Position numbers and translations under genes: made by a program
NCBI GenBank assembly: GCA_965287045.1
Contig: OZ336878.1
Span: forward strand, 56,482,001 to 56,546,000
Direction of reading: 5' to 3'
DNA: 64,000 bases
DNA from: Carcharhinus amblyrhynchos
Lineage: Eukaryota
Part shown: one piece after another, positions 12,377-25,772 of the stretch
Layout: the number at the start of each line of letters is the position of its first letter
How positions within the stretch are numbered: the first letter of the stretch is position 1
The notes under the pieces: model-generated
What the model saw: the letters and a program-made list of their open reading frames with translations, nothing else
What the model was told of the DNA's origin: nothing
The model's database searches: none

Positions 12377-12743
12377 TTAGTATGGGTATGCAGACACTGC
12401 TATATAAACTATGAAAGTAGTCTGGTATTCAATATTTCCATCCACACTGTATGATGATGCTCGCACTTTCATCCTATATGTCTGAGGCTCTCTTAGTGGT
12501 CTAGTTGTAAACACAACTCCTTTCAAGTTCTCATCTCGAATTGCAAAAGGTATCATTGGGTCCTCATCAACCATGTAGAAGACTGTTCTGGGATGCATCA
12601 CTCCATCGTGTGTGTAAGCCACGAGGCGGATTAGATCCTGATTTGCAGCAATTCCAAATGGAAGAGCGACAAGCTTATACTCCAAGGCATAGGGACTGAG
12701 AGCACATTCAAGATCATTGGGTGGACAGTTTTTCAGGCAAAAT
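12377..12743 (-). CDS. HMCN1: Hemicentin-1 last coding exon (fibulin C-terminal module)
   Basis: FCLKNCPPNDLECALSPYALEYKLV...IEYQTTFIVYIAVSAYPY*, near-identical to the human HMCN1 C-terminus; acceptor tttgtag. Confidence 0.97.
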
Positions 12744-13607
12744 CTACAAAGCAAAAATTAATAAGTTTACAAAGCAGTTATAGTATGAGGAAAGTCTTTT
12801 CATATCAAACCAGAAAGACTCTACAGTTTCTTAAATTATCTCAAGATTTTTGCATTCAGCACTGTTTTAATCTCTTTGTTTTCAATTCTCAATAATGGCA
12901 TGGGATTTACTGTGAGATTGTGTCAATCAGATTTACCTTTGGAATTATCAATAGGGAATATCATTGTTTCAAATTTAGGAGAAAAGGGGTGTTGGTAGGA
13001 GTGTTAACATCAGACTGAAAATAGGTCCAGAAAATAATCTTTGTCCCAGGGTTGGACTAGTTTTGTAAGTTCTTGGCTCGCATCATGTAAGCAGTAATAA
13101 TATTGTATCTCAGATGGATAAATGGCTGTAGTAATTCAAAAATTGATAACATTTTAAACACTTCATCAGTGACTTGCTTAGTTGTTTTATAAATGGGGAG
13201 GTAAATTGCTGGTGATAGACAGCCTCATTAGAGAAAAACAACAATAATAATTTTCTCCTTAGTGGAGGGTCCTTGTGGAGAATTTCATCTATTTAGATTT
13301 GTTCTGGACTTTTATATTCTATTTATAGAATATCATTTAATCAGATTAATCAGATTAACAAACATTGGATGTAGTTAGAAATATACTATTATGAAAAATA
13401 ATTAAGAAATGTCAGCATGCAATGTGATAAGAAATACATTTTTAATCTTTTGATATTTTGAATTATTATGACAATTAGAAATGTAATGGCAAATAATTTC
13501 CCGAATGGGCATTCTCAGTTTTAGATCAGGAGATACTTCACATTAAACAGGGAATCTGAGAAATAACATTAGCATTGGAAAAGAGCTGATGGTGCTGGTG
13601 AACTTAC

Positions 13608-13734
13608 CCAGTGACTGCATCACGCTGATATTTGGGTGGGCAAGGAGTATCTATGCACTGGTAGCTGCCTCTCATGTTAAAGCACATGTGGTTTGCTCCA
13701 CAGTGGATGTTTTGCTCTAAGCACTCATCTATAT
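13608..13734 (-). CDS. HMCN1: Hemicentin-1 exon (cbEGF)
   Basis: DIDECLEQNIHCGANHMCFNMRGSYQCIDTPCPPKYQRDAVTG; AG/GTAAGT. Confidence 0.95.
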
Positions 13735-16178
13735 CTAGATAGTTCAGAGACAGAAGAAATGTTATTACTGTTATGGTCATGTATTTGCACCTCTTGTAGC
13801 ATTTAAAATTTGAGTGCCCTTTTTCAAGCATTCAAAGAAAATAAACAAGCATTTTTTTATGATGAACACAAACTATACAAAAAGTACTGCAGAGGTTAGA
13901 AACCTGGAATAAAGAGAAAATACTCAGTGGGTCAGGCAATATCTGTGGAGGTAGAAAGAGATAATGGGCTACAGGTTTCCCCAGATGGAAAGTCTTCTGG
14001 AAACTGATTCACTCTGTGCAAGCTAACACTGAATCAAAAAGCACATTGGATGAGCTAAGTTGGCTGTCAGTGGGACTTCTACCCCTCACTGATCAAGTCC
14101 TGGCAACAACAAGGGATCACTAGTGGGCACTGACAGAGCTGCAACCAGTCCCAAGGTGGATCACAGAGTGAATCAGAGGTATTGGGCCAGCTTCAGGAGG
14201 GCTTTGGGAGGAGTGCAGAATAGATGAGTTTTAGAGAGCAGGCAGGGAGAAAGGAAAAGTGGGTGTGCCTTCAATGTGCAAAGGGCAATCCCTAAGATAG
14301 TCATCTTTTTTCTTCCTAACCTTTTGAAAGCTTTCTTTTAAACATTGGTTGTCCACTCCCAATCATATTATGGCACAGGCTGCATATTATCGGGGTCAAT
14401 TGGCTTGTAAATGAGATCAATTGGCCTGTAATTTCTTTAAACATGGCGGGCAGGCTGTTCATTTCAGCACCTGCCCATCTACTATGTTATGGGGTAAGCT
14501 CGGGGCTGGGTGGGAAAGTTGGGGACTGGGTAGGGGCATGTAAAATCTAGCTCAAGATTTCAGATCAGTGACCTCTGCTTAAGAGGTACTGCTGCCTGAA
14601 ATGCTGAACATTTCCAGAATTTTCTGTTTATTTGGAATACTTCCATTTGCCATATCTGCTTTGGTAAATGGAGGCAAAACCTGAGCTCTTGATGGTTTAC
14701 TCGTGATCCTAGCAGAAAAAAATGCGTGTGTAGCCAATAGGAGAGGACATGAGTGAGCTAAATTGTGACTTCTCTCATAGTCAAACTGGCAGTGGTTGCT
14801 GTCTAGGTTTACACGTGAAGGCTGTCCACATGACTGTGGTATGGGTGGGTGACTATTTCCTCTGGTCTGTACTATCCATGTAGGAATCAGCACAGCAAAG
14901 GATCAAAGCAAAAATGTTTTATTCAAGTCAGGAAAATGAGAGCCTGTGACTTAAAATGTACTAAATAACTGTGGCTATTTATAGAATCCTTAGGTTACCC
15001 AGAAAACCACTGTAACCAGCTTGTAAATTTCAAGCTCTAGTCAGTGACTGTTTGGCAATTCTAAAAGAAAGTATGTGTGTTAGATACAAGCCTATCTGTA
15101 CCTTATAATCCATAACATCTAGCAGTGCTTGTTTAAATTCCTGTAAGTATTCATTTACAGCACAGGAAAAGGCCATTTATCTCAACAGGTCCTTGCCAAT
15201 GCTTATGAGCCTCTTACCCTTTTTCATCAATAGAACACCATCAATAGATTCTTCTATTGCTTTCTCCCTTGTATGATTTCCTAGATGATCTCCTAAATGA
15301 ATTTGCCTCAGATACTTCTTGTTGTAATGAGTTCCATATTCTTATTCCTTTCCGAGTAAAGGTTGTCCTAATTCCCTGTTAGATTTATTAGTGACTATCT
15401 TCGAACTATGAAGACTCATGACTCATAGGTATGATCCCATTTGCAAATTGAAAAATCTTCTCTATGTCTATCCTTTCATAGTCTTAAATACCTCAGTCAG
15501 GTCACTCAGTCTTCCCTTATCTAGAGAAAAGAGTTTCATCCAGTTCAATGTTTCATTAAGAGGTGTAACTATGAGTATAGTTCAGTTCTGTATGGTTCTT
15601 GAATATCTTTTTTGCATCTTATCCTGCACCTGTTATTTTTTTTTATATAAGCTGGAGATCAGAACTGTTCATATTATTCCAAGTGTTGTCTAATCAAGGT
15701 TCTACAAAAGTTTAACATAGCTTTTGAATTCTAGAAATAGCTTTTACCATTTTGTTTTTCTACTTTTATGTAATGACATTCCTGGATTCCTCTGTCCTCC
15801 AGCTTGCTTAGACATGTACGGGTGAAATTATTCCACGCCTGCAGCATGAAACAGGCTCTTGTTGAAGTGGCAGACTGTTGTATACTGTGCCAGATTTTAT
15901 TGTCTATTGACTTTGAAAATATTGCCACATTTATAAATTTCAAACCACGTTAACGTAACAGGAAGACAAGGAAATGAGTCTCCACTAGGAGTTTTCATTA
16001 CCATTCTGTGAACTTCAGTGGTAGAGAAATATCAGATGCAATGAAAGAATCAGATGCTGGTTTGCATTGAGTGCATTTTGCACTGTTAGCATAGATATAT
16101 TTTACCCTCTTAATTCCTAGGAGTATGTGACCTCCCAATTCTTCCAACAAAATGTACAATTCTGTATTAATCACCCCT

Positions 16179-16408
16179 GATGTGGGTATGCCGGCGTTGG
16201 ACTGGCGTAAACACAGTAAAAAGTCTGACAACACCAGGTTTTAGTCCAACCTATTTATTTGATAATATACTCGCAAGCTTTCGGGTTAGCCCCTTCGTCA
16301 GGTGAACTCTCCATTCACCTGACGAAGGGGCTAACCCGAAAGCTTGCGAGTATATTATCAAATAAATAGGTTGGACTAAAACCTGGTGTTGTCAGACTTT
16401 TTACTGTG
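16179..16408. mobile_element. Non-autonomous Penelope-associated palindromic element
   Basis: Perfect 97-bp inverted repeat (16210-16306/16314-16410, 7-nt loop); 12-bp direct repeat TTAATCACCCCT at 16167-16178 and 16409-16420. Confidence 0.85.
16313..16351 (+). ncRNA. Minimal type I hammerhead ribozyme motif (mirror copy on minus strand at ~16269-16307)
   Basis: CTGACGA-A-GGG(GCTAA)CCC-GAAA-GC-TT; stem I attcac/gcgagt with one mismatch. Confidence 0.6.
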
Positions 16409-17326
16409 TTAATCACCCCTATCATTTTGCTGTCTTTGCAAATTGTGAATTCCAACTCATTCATATAAATAGTGAAAAACGTTAATCTCAGCATTGATCC
16501 CTGGATAACACCAATTACCAGCATTGCCAATCTGAATAATTCATTTTAACTCTGACACACTTTTTGATTTGTAGCTAGTTTATTGCTGTCCAATCTATTG
16601 TTTGCCTCCTGACTCCAACAGCTTTTTGGTGTCTGGGTTAGGACCCTGATGCCAAGTTCAAATGGAAGACTCAACTCCATGTTGTGTGCAGAATAGTCAC
16701 CCAGTAGCGATTTTTCCTGAATCAGCCAATTGATGGCCAGAGGATTCACTTGCAATTCAATTCAGGACATTGTACAGGCTTTCAAAGTTGGAGGGTCAAT
16801 AGGAGGCCCTTCAGTTCAGAAGACCTGCCTTTTAAGGTGAGACACATAGAGCATCTCCATCTCGAGGGGGGTGGGTGGTGCTTGGTGGGATTGTGCTGTC
16901 CAGTAGCCTGCGTTTTCATGTCTGGCCACCCTAAATTGAACTCTGGGGGGCCTGATCTCAGTGCAGCCAGGCTTTACTGGTGTGTTGAGGCCCAGCCCCT
17001 CTACATGATGGCGTGAAACACATCTACCTGTATTATGTGGCAGAATATGCTAAGAACTGGAGAGACAGAAACAGGAGCATTGCCCTGGGGAGAGAAACAG
17101 GGGCATTTTCCCACTGGAACCAACAAACTGTCCTTTTGTGGGTCAAATTTTGCCCAAAGGATTTGAAGAGCACTAGATAATGTACCTCTATAAAATCTAT
17201 TTTACAGCATTTTAAAATAAATAGGTTAATGCTGCATTATTTTAGCACACATGCATTGCTTAATGATTAATCCAGGAAATGAAAACTCTTGAAACATTAT
17301 TTGGAATTCTGAAAACCCCACCCTAC

Positions 17327-17446
17327 CTTGGCATGATTTCCCATTAGGCATGAGTCGATATCCACTGGGACAAAGGCATTGGTAGCTTCCTGCTGTGTTT
17401 TTGCAGTCATGCTGACAAGGTTCCTTGTTTTCACATTCATTAATAT
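17327..17446 (-). CDS. HMCN1: Hemicentin-1 exon (cbEGF)
   Basis: [40 protein letters not shown]; 120 bp, phase 1-1. Confidence 0.95.
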
Positions 17447-18476
17447 CTGCCAAAAAAGAATTTGACAATCAGAAAAAGCAACAAGGTATTTTATTTACTA
17501 GCAATAACTTCCAGAGATTCATCTGTTCTTTGACAAATTATGATGGTGTTAAATGATGACCATTGCAGAAAATCAGTATTTTAAATGAGCTTAAAAGATA
17601 TTAGAATTGATGGGCTGTATTAAAGGACTACACAATCAGATGAACTTCATTGAAATATTGTTTGAAAACAAGTTTAAAAATGTTTGCGGAAATAAAACAA
17701 GCCTAATAAGGGAACTATATCTGCTGAATAAACATTTAAGTTCCCGTCTGAAATCAGAAAATTTATAATTTCATTGCATTTTAGTCATTTCCCCTTTCCT
17801 GAGTTTCTTTTGCTTTCCCCTCCTGAAGATGCTAAGCTGGCTAAGGCTCCATAGTTACAAACAGTCCTTTGCTACTTTTTCCCAAAGCTGCCTTTTCCAT
17901 GAGCCAAAATGTTATTTATTTTTGTAGTGAAGCATTAATATATTAAAAAGTAATTGTTTTGGTACCTCTAGTTTGCAGATACATATTAAATCGTCTCATG
18001 TTAAGTTGTGTCAAACCCACGAGTAGTGAGCTCCGTTCATCATTTGTTACGTTAAAAGTTTGAGCTTTTGTGATTTACCAAATGAGGGTAGAGAAGAGAA
18101 GCCTTGCATACCTATGACTGAGTGTTTCTACGTTGGCTGGGGCAGCATTTTAATCTGATCAGAAGTGAGACAGGTGTTCAGTTAGTTGATGAGTACTGGG
18201 GGTAGAGATGAAATTGAACTGAAATCGACATTAAAATTACGAGGAATGGTGGCTTTAAGAAACCAAAGACATGAATGAATAATTACAAAAATCTAAAGGG
18301 AATGTTGCTAGTTACTGTTGAAAGTGTGACATGAGTTATGTTCATGAACATAATCCAGAAACAAATTTCTGTGCAATGGTACTTCAACTTCAAAGCCTAG
18401 AAGATGTTTAATCACTACTTTTTTCAGGTACATCACATAAAAAAAACAGATACCATTTATAAAGGCTGATGTTTAC

Positions 18477-18833
18477 CTATGCAATTGTCATTCTTTGCCT
18501 CATAGCCTTGAGGGCATGTTTTTCTAATGCTCCTGCCAGTCCTGGAGAAAGCTGTACGGTAAATGCTTCCATAGCCCACGTGCGATCTATACTGAGAAGA
18601 CTGACTAAAATACCGCTGTTGCTGCTGTGGCTGTTGTTGGTTGAAGTAACTCACACTGGGGAATTGGGCAAAGTTATAATTTCTCTCATAATTTGGCAAC
18701 CTTTCTAATCCAGCACAAGATTTCCCATCACCTAACAAAAGTTGTCCAGGTGGACAGAGACACTTGAAGCTGCCAGGGGTGTTGATGCACTGGTATGCAC
18801 AAGGTTTAGGCACCCGTTCACATTCGTCAATGT
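18477..18833 (-). CDS. HMCN1: Hemicentin-1 exon (cbEGF plus Q/Y/S-rich linker)
   Basis: [49 protein letters not shown]...[22 protein letters not shown]; 357 bp, phase 1-1. Confidence 0.93.
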
Positions 18834-21744
18834 CTGCTCATACGACATGGGTCGCAGCATAATATAACATGAAAGGGAAAGAAAAGAGAACACAGAAAAA
18901 GAGGATCAGTTTGGATAATACAATGAGGACCTCATCGTACAGTAAACCTGTCACATGGAGAAATCCCATTTTGGTGACTTCTCCAGACAGGATTTTGAAT
19001 AAAGATACTTAAATACATTTGATAGCTATTGTTGAGCTTTTTGACAGAAACTTTTATAATGCAGACATCAGTTTGACTGAGGCATATGTTTTGTTGACAA
19101 TTAATTTCTAGAACAGTTAACTTTGGATACAAATAATGAGGGATTTAAATGTGGAAACTGAGATTTTGTCAACATCTGAGTTCTGTCTTATCTAACAAAT
19201 GCACCTGAGCGGGGAATTGTGAATATTACCTTGATAGAGCAATGTTGGGAATACCTTGGCTTAATTATTCAGTACTTTGCATAAGTATATGCTCATTTAG
19301 GTGAGGAATGGAGGAATTTCTGTTTCTTATATGGGGTATCAAACACTCTATGGTCAGATACAGCAGTGTTAGATATCACCATAATCTCCCTCCACACTGA
19401 ATGTCAGAAAAATACTAGTGTGCCATCTATTTTCTACTTCCAATAGCAGTCACTCTGAGTGAGGAACTGCTAATTAGCACCAGCATTTTTTAAAAAGTAT
19501 TATACAAGTGGTAGCTGGAGCTGGATTGAAATTTCTGTTTGCTTTGTCTGGCTGTCATTGGACTAGAAATGATGTTCAATCGAATCCACTATCTTCTACT
19601 GAGCAATACATCAGGATTGTTGACTCTGACACCCTTATTAAAACAATCCCAATATAAATCTGTCGTAATTGCTCAATTATGTGTAGCCAATGTCAAAATT
19701 TGACAGGTTATATATTTATTTAAAGCATACTTAACAGTTTTGTAGCTTAACTCCAAATGGTGTCCCTGGAACAAGCTATCTAGCAAGTGAAAACCTTAAC
19801 AGCATTCTTAAAATATGGAGAAACCTGGCCTGTGACTGGTGACTAGGACTAAGCAGTGTCAATCCAATTAGATGCAATGGCCTATTTACGTAGTGACGTG
19901 TAATGCTGTTGGACATCTAGGGAAATATTAATATAATTGGTTTAAATGTGATTCAGGCCAAATGCTGTTATTTTGAAAATATCTGACAATAGCTTTGTAA
20001 GTTATAAGCAAACGTGTTGAAAACCCCAGAAATAGTGGCAAAGGAAAGGATTAATTGTACTGTAAAGACTTAGCAATTAAATGTATAAGTAGATAATCAA
20101 ACCAACGTGGAAAGCAGGTTTGAACAGATGCACTGTTATTCCAAGTTTAGTATGGAAAAAGACCCTTTGAAATGAACACCCTCTCATCAATATAAGTATG
20201 GATAATCACATTGTTGAATACTTCAGATTATTATGTTTAGTTAAATATTGGTATCAAAATGAATGAGTCATCACATGGATAATAAAGCATTAGTTTGGAT
20301 GGCATATGTCCAAACTGCAATGAATCAGAGTGAATGTAGACGATTGTTTGGTCATCGATATAATGTTAGAAGTAGTTTGAACTGCCAAGGATAACAATTA
20401 TCCCATGGAATAAGTAACTGTATGTTCTTCCTTTTCCCAACAACCCATCTCTCACACACAGCAGGAATCTAACTGTTCGTTATATTCTGGATGGAATATG
20501 CAAAACAATGATGTTGCACCTTTTCATTTCTTAGTCGGCCATTTTTGTATTGTGGCTTATCTAGCACCTCAGCCAAGCTCACCACAGTGAGGCATAAAGC
20601 CCCAACTAGCTGTTCGAGATCCACGTGTTAAGACAGCTGGATTACAGGGTACCCTTTCAGATTTTCTGTACTTAATTTAGTTTCTTATCCAGCTTTGCTT
20701 AACATCTTCCAGGTGACATTTAATGTTTATCTAAGAAATATAGGGCAGGATTTTGATTGTGAGCAGTGAACAAGTGGTACTTTGTTGACTTTTCACTTGC
20801 CCTTTTTATAACAATTTGCTGTCAGCAGGACAGTTAAAATGGCAGGTGCCTTGTTGAGCATTGTTAATGAGGAATATAGAGTTTGAACAAGGAAGCGCAA
20901 GTCAGAGTGTTTCGTTCAAATTAAGTCAGTTATAGAAAGCAAAGCAAAGAGATAGAAAGAAAGCTTAAGAGAGAAACAAAAGATAATGATATGGTAAAAA
21001 TATTACATTTCTTTTCTAAAATCTCCAACCATAATTACAAGTTGTAAAACTTCATTTGGCAGTAATTAAGATATATCACACTGCTGAAAAGACACAGAGA
21101 ATCTAAGTCCTAATTGTGGCAAATTTCATTTGTATCTATGATGTCAATATAGGAACTTCCTACCATCTAATGTTTAAATGGGAGATCAATGGCAAGATAC
21201 CATTTTCATTAAATTTATTGATAAGCGGCACATCTCGAACAGCATCTTCTGGATCTTTTGCGTTTAATAGCACTCTTATGCTTGCCGGAAATGCTGTTCA
21301 ATTTGTGCATAAATAACAGCAACATTAATCCACTAAAATCACAGTAAAATTTGGGCTATTTTGATTCTGGATTGGCTATTATTTAGACTTCGTACAGTCT
21401 TTTACTATAACAGTCATTAGTAAAAACATTACAGAATTTATAGTGCAGAAAGAGTCCATTCATCCATCGTGTCGGCCCTGGAATGAGCAATTTACTTAGG
21501 TGTCAATTCTCCCGCTTTCTCCCCATATACCTGCACATTATTCTTTTTTAAATAACTATCTTTTGAATGCCTTGATTGAAGGGCACTGATTTTAAAAAGA
21601 TTTTTAATTAATTAGCTTTGTAATTGTAGACATTTCCATTTTGGCTTAACAGTTTTTAACTTTGCATTGTAAATTTGCTTCCTTTTATTCATATGTTTCA
21701 CATATATTGATTGAAGCAGTTTGAGTCCAAATACAGCAACACCA

Positions 21745-22505
21745 GGATGACATTCAGGCTTGAGCTGATAACTGGCAAGTTACATTCGCATCACATAAGT
21801 GTCAGGCAATGATCATCTTCAACAAGGAGAATCTACCATCCCCACATGACATTGACCCGAAAGACACCCCCCTCCCCACATGACATTTATTGCAATAAAA
21901 TCATTGAATCCCTACCGTCAAAATCTTAGGCATTACCAGGACCAGTCATATAAATACTGTGGCCACAAGAGCAGGTTAGAGGCTAGACTCCCAAACACTG
22001 TCCACCATCTACAGGTACAAGTTAGGAGTGTGATGGAATACTCTTCACTTCCCTGGATGAGTGCAGCTCCAATAACACTCAAGAAACTTGACACCTTCCA
22101 GGATAAAGCAGCCTACTTTGCACTCTATCTACCATCTTCAACATTTACTCCTACCACTGATGTACAATGGCAACTGTGTGTATCACCAAAAGATGTACTA
22201 CAGCAACTGATCAAGGCTCCCTCGATGGCACCTTCCAAACTGGTAACCCCTACCAACTAGAAGAACAAGGGCAGCAGAGGCATGGGAATACCACCACCTG
22301 CAATTTCCCCTCCAAAACCACACACTATCCTCACCGGTAACTATTGCCATTCCTTTACTTCACTGGGTCAAAATCCTGGAACACCCTTCCTAAAAGCACT
22401 TACGGGTGCACCTACGTCACAGACAGTAGAGGTTCAAGAAGGCAATTGACTACCACTTTCTTGAGGGTAATTAGAGACCGCCACAAATTCTGGCCTAGTC
22501 GGTGA
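21745..22505 (+). mobile_element. CR1/L2-clade LINE 3' end (same family as 8.4-9.4 kb)
   Basis: QVRSVMEYSSLPWMSAAPITLKKLDTFQDKAA; tail ggttcaagaaggca...ccac. Confidence 0.75.
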
Positions 22506-22514
22506 TACGCATAG

Positions 22515-22840
22515 ACTCATCATAAAAACCTACAGTGCAGGCCCTTCGGCCCATCGAGTCTGCACCAAATACAATCCCACCCAGGCCGTACCCCCATATC
22601 CCTACATATTATACCCACTAATCCCTCTAACATACACATCCCTGGACACTAAGAGGCAATTTTTTAGAATAGCTAATCAACCTAACCCGCACATCTGTGG
22701 GAGGAAACCGGAGTACCTGGAGGAAACCCACACAGACACGAGGAGAACATGCAAACGCCACACAGACAGTGACCCGAGCCAGGAATCAAACCCAGGACCT
22801 TGGAGCTGTGAAGCAGCAGTGCTAACTACCGTGCTGCCCG
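22515..22840 (-). mobile_element. HE1/V-SINE
   Basis: tRNA-derived head with A/B boxes (agcacggtagttagc, ggtttgattcc), V-core and tail. Confidence 0.85.
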
Positions 22841-23484
22841 CATAGTCCATGAAAGAATAAAAAAGCACAATATCTAATCGTTGAATTTAATTAACAATTT
22901 ATGTGTGAATATCCTTAATAATTTTAGGTTACAGAAACTCCATTGCTGGTGCTCCCTGACACCGACGAAACTTTGTTTTATTATAATAAGAGTTTTATCA
23001 ACAAAGTGTGATCAGAAATCGCAGGAAATACAGTCACACCTACAAGAAACGTACACCATACACGAGGTTTATATAATTAGACAATGTTTATCCATTTGGA
23101 TGATCCACCAGATAAACTTGTTCATCGTAGTGTCTGTCAAAAAATTAACATTAAAGTCCAAGCATCTTTTGATCACTTTAATTTTACAGCTAATTTTTCA
23201 GATGAGATGGACTATTTCTCAACTCTATCTCCTGCAAATTCAAGCACTAAATGAAGATTTTTTTCTCAAGTCAAAATTCTGTGCAGAATCAGATGTGTTT
23301 CCTGATTCACCATCCCTTCTTCCACCCTTTTAATTTGAGTTTCTTTTAAGCCAACTTGTGCTTTCTTCCTTTTCCATTTTTGTCTTTCAGATTCCATTTC
23401 TAAGCATTTCGATCTTTCTCATCTTTGCTCCTCTTCCAACTCCAACTCATTCATTCAAAACTGAATTCTAGCTAAGTATAGTTT

Positions 23485-24605
23485 TCAGGATTGTCAATGA
23501 CCTCATCTCTTTTGAAGATCTTCTCTCCACAGCCTCCAACCTCATAGTCTCCCAACCTGCACAGCCCACTTCTACCTCCTTCCCAAAATCCTCAAGCAGG
23601 ACTGCCCTGGTAGGCCCATCATGTCAGCCTGTTCCTGCCCCACCGAATTCATTTCTTCCTATCTTGATTCCATTCTCTCTCCTCCTGTCCAGTTCCTTTC
23701 CACCTACATCCGCGATTCCTCCGTTGCCCTACACCATATCAATGACTTCCAATTCTCCGGCCCAAACCGCTTCCTCTTCACTATGGCTGTCCAATCCCTC
23801 TACACCTCCAATCCCCACCAGAATAGCCCCAAAAGTCTTTGCTTCTTCCTCGCACAGTGATCTGAACAATGCCCATTCACCACCATTCCTCTGTCTGGCT
23901 GAACTGGTTCTCTCATCCAACAATTTCTCCTTTAACTTGTCTCATTTCCTCCAAATAAAAGCTGTGGCTATGGGCACCCAATGGGTCCCAGTTATGTCTG
24001 TCTCTTTATGGGGTATGTGGCCTATTCCTTCTTCCAGTCCTACTCTGGCCCCCACCCACAAGTCCATTTTTGGTGCATAGATGACTATTTCGATGCTACT
24101 TCATGCTCTTGTCTGGACCTGGAAAAATTTATCAATTTTGCCTCCAATTTTCACCCCTCTAACACCTTCACATGATCACTTCTGACACTTCTCTTCCTTT
24201 CCTTGAACTCTTTGAATGCATTTCTGTTGATAAACTGTCCACTAGTATCCATCAGAAGCCCACCGACTCTCACAACTACCTTGACTACAGCTCTTCACAA
24301 CCCATATCCTGTAAAGGTTCCATCCCATTCTCTGAGTTCCTTCACCTCTGCTGCATCTGTTCTGATGACGCCACTTTCCAAAATAGAGTTGCTGATATGT
24401 CTTTCTTCTTCCTCAATTGTGGTCTTCCATGCACTGTGGTTAACAGGGCTCTCAACCGTGTCCAACCGATTCCCCAAGCCGCTGCTCCCACCACACCCCC
24501 CCCTCCCTCCCTCCCAGAACCAGGATAGGGTCTCCCTTGTCCTCATTTTTCACCGCACCAGCCATTTCTGCCATGATGCCAAAACTCAACACATCTTGCA
24601 CCATC
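23485..24605 (+). mobile_element. Penelope-like retroelement RT region (degenerate)
   Basis: YLLPKI.KQDCPGRPIMSACSCPTE, TMAVQSLYTS, VAMGT..GPSY, IDD and KPTDSHNYLDY motifs. Confidence 0.9.
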
Positions 24606-24704
24606 ATCATCACCCCCCCCCCATCCACCCCCACCCACTCCACACCAAGCTCAGTATCCTCCACGTATTTCTATCTTTTTGGACTCCCAAAGAATTCCCA
24701 AATT

Positions 24705-25592
24705 TGTTGTGACTGTAGGTGTCATTAATTCTGAACAAATCTCAGATTGAAATCCGACTCTGCTGATTGTCATCTGTTTTTTGTATTGTAGAAACAAAAA
24801 GGAATAGCTTCTGAGCACAAGAGCACAGGAGTGCAGCAATAACTTTTAAAACCTGAAGAACCAAAATGTTTATTGGAAGATTAAACTTAAACACACAAAA
24901 TAAAAGATATGCAGTTAAGTATGCTGTTCTAGATTCTTAACCATAAAGTCGAGGAAAACTGAGTATTGTTTTAATCTTTATCAGAAGGACTATCCATGAC
25001 TTCCCAGAATAAATCCACACTGATGTGGTTTTCCAAAGTGTTCTCAAAACCATCTGTTTCTCCAAACAAGTGTTTTCCTGGACCAAAACTGTAGTTGCAC
25101 TTCTTCAATTACAAATTTTTCACAAGAACGGGCTTTCAGCGGAACTTCCCCCACAGCTGAAACCCTATTGTTATAAATAATCCTTTAATCCCTTTCATTT
25201 TATTTCTCCATTGTCTTCAAGTATTTCTTTGAAAACTTAAGATTCCCAATACAAAGTTTTTCATGTTACAATTTCATCATTTTTTGGTCAATACAATTTT
25301 AAAATTCCTGCTCTTGTTTGCTCCTGAATTTCCTGTACAGTGCAAATGTTCTTTGCAATAGCTACAAATCAATTTCAACACTTACCCCCAACTGCAACTT
25401 TCAAATCTGCTCCATTTACTTGCAAGTTAAAACCCACTATCAGGCCTCATGACAAAATACAAAAGGGTCACATCTTTGACCTTTCATTCCTTAGCTGCCC
25501 TGCTCCAACCACCTCTCATTTGATTAAACCTGGACACAGATATAATTTTACTCTTATCTACACAGAATATATATACACAACGTATCATCACA
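24705..25592 (-). mobile_element. Possible solo LTR
   Basis: TG...CA ends and composition similar to the 3.9-4.6 kb LTR; no clean TSD. Confidence 0.3.
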
Positions 25593-25772
25593 TAAATACA
25601 AATTACATTTGCTTCCCGAGTTTTTTCCAGTTTACTTTTAAAGTCTGCCAATGGCTCTTTCGTAGGGTCTGCACACATGCCACAATCTATGCATGCATGG
25701 TGTCCTGACATCAACTCAGAATGTTGCATCAGGATGTATGCAGCAGAACTGAGAGTTGAGGCTGAATTAGTT

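Larger units (their letters stand above)
15150..16640 (-). mobile_element. Old degenerate CR1 LINE, interrupted by the palindromic element
   Basis: GVIQGSMLRL..IYMNEL remnant; CR1 tail near 15155. Confidence 0.6.

Noticed and set aside
20582-20665. Possible extra HMCN1 cassette exon (GTGAGC donor near 20580)
   Set aside because: Poor pyrimidine tract, a stop in the phase-1 frame, and no EGF similarity.
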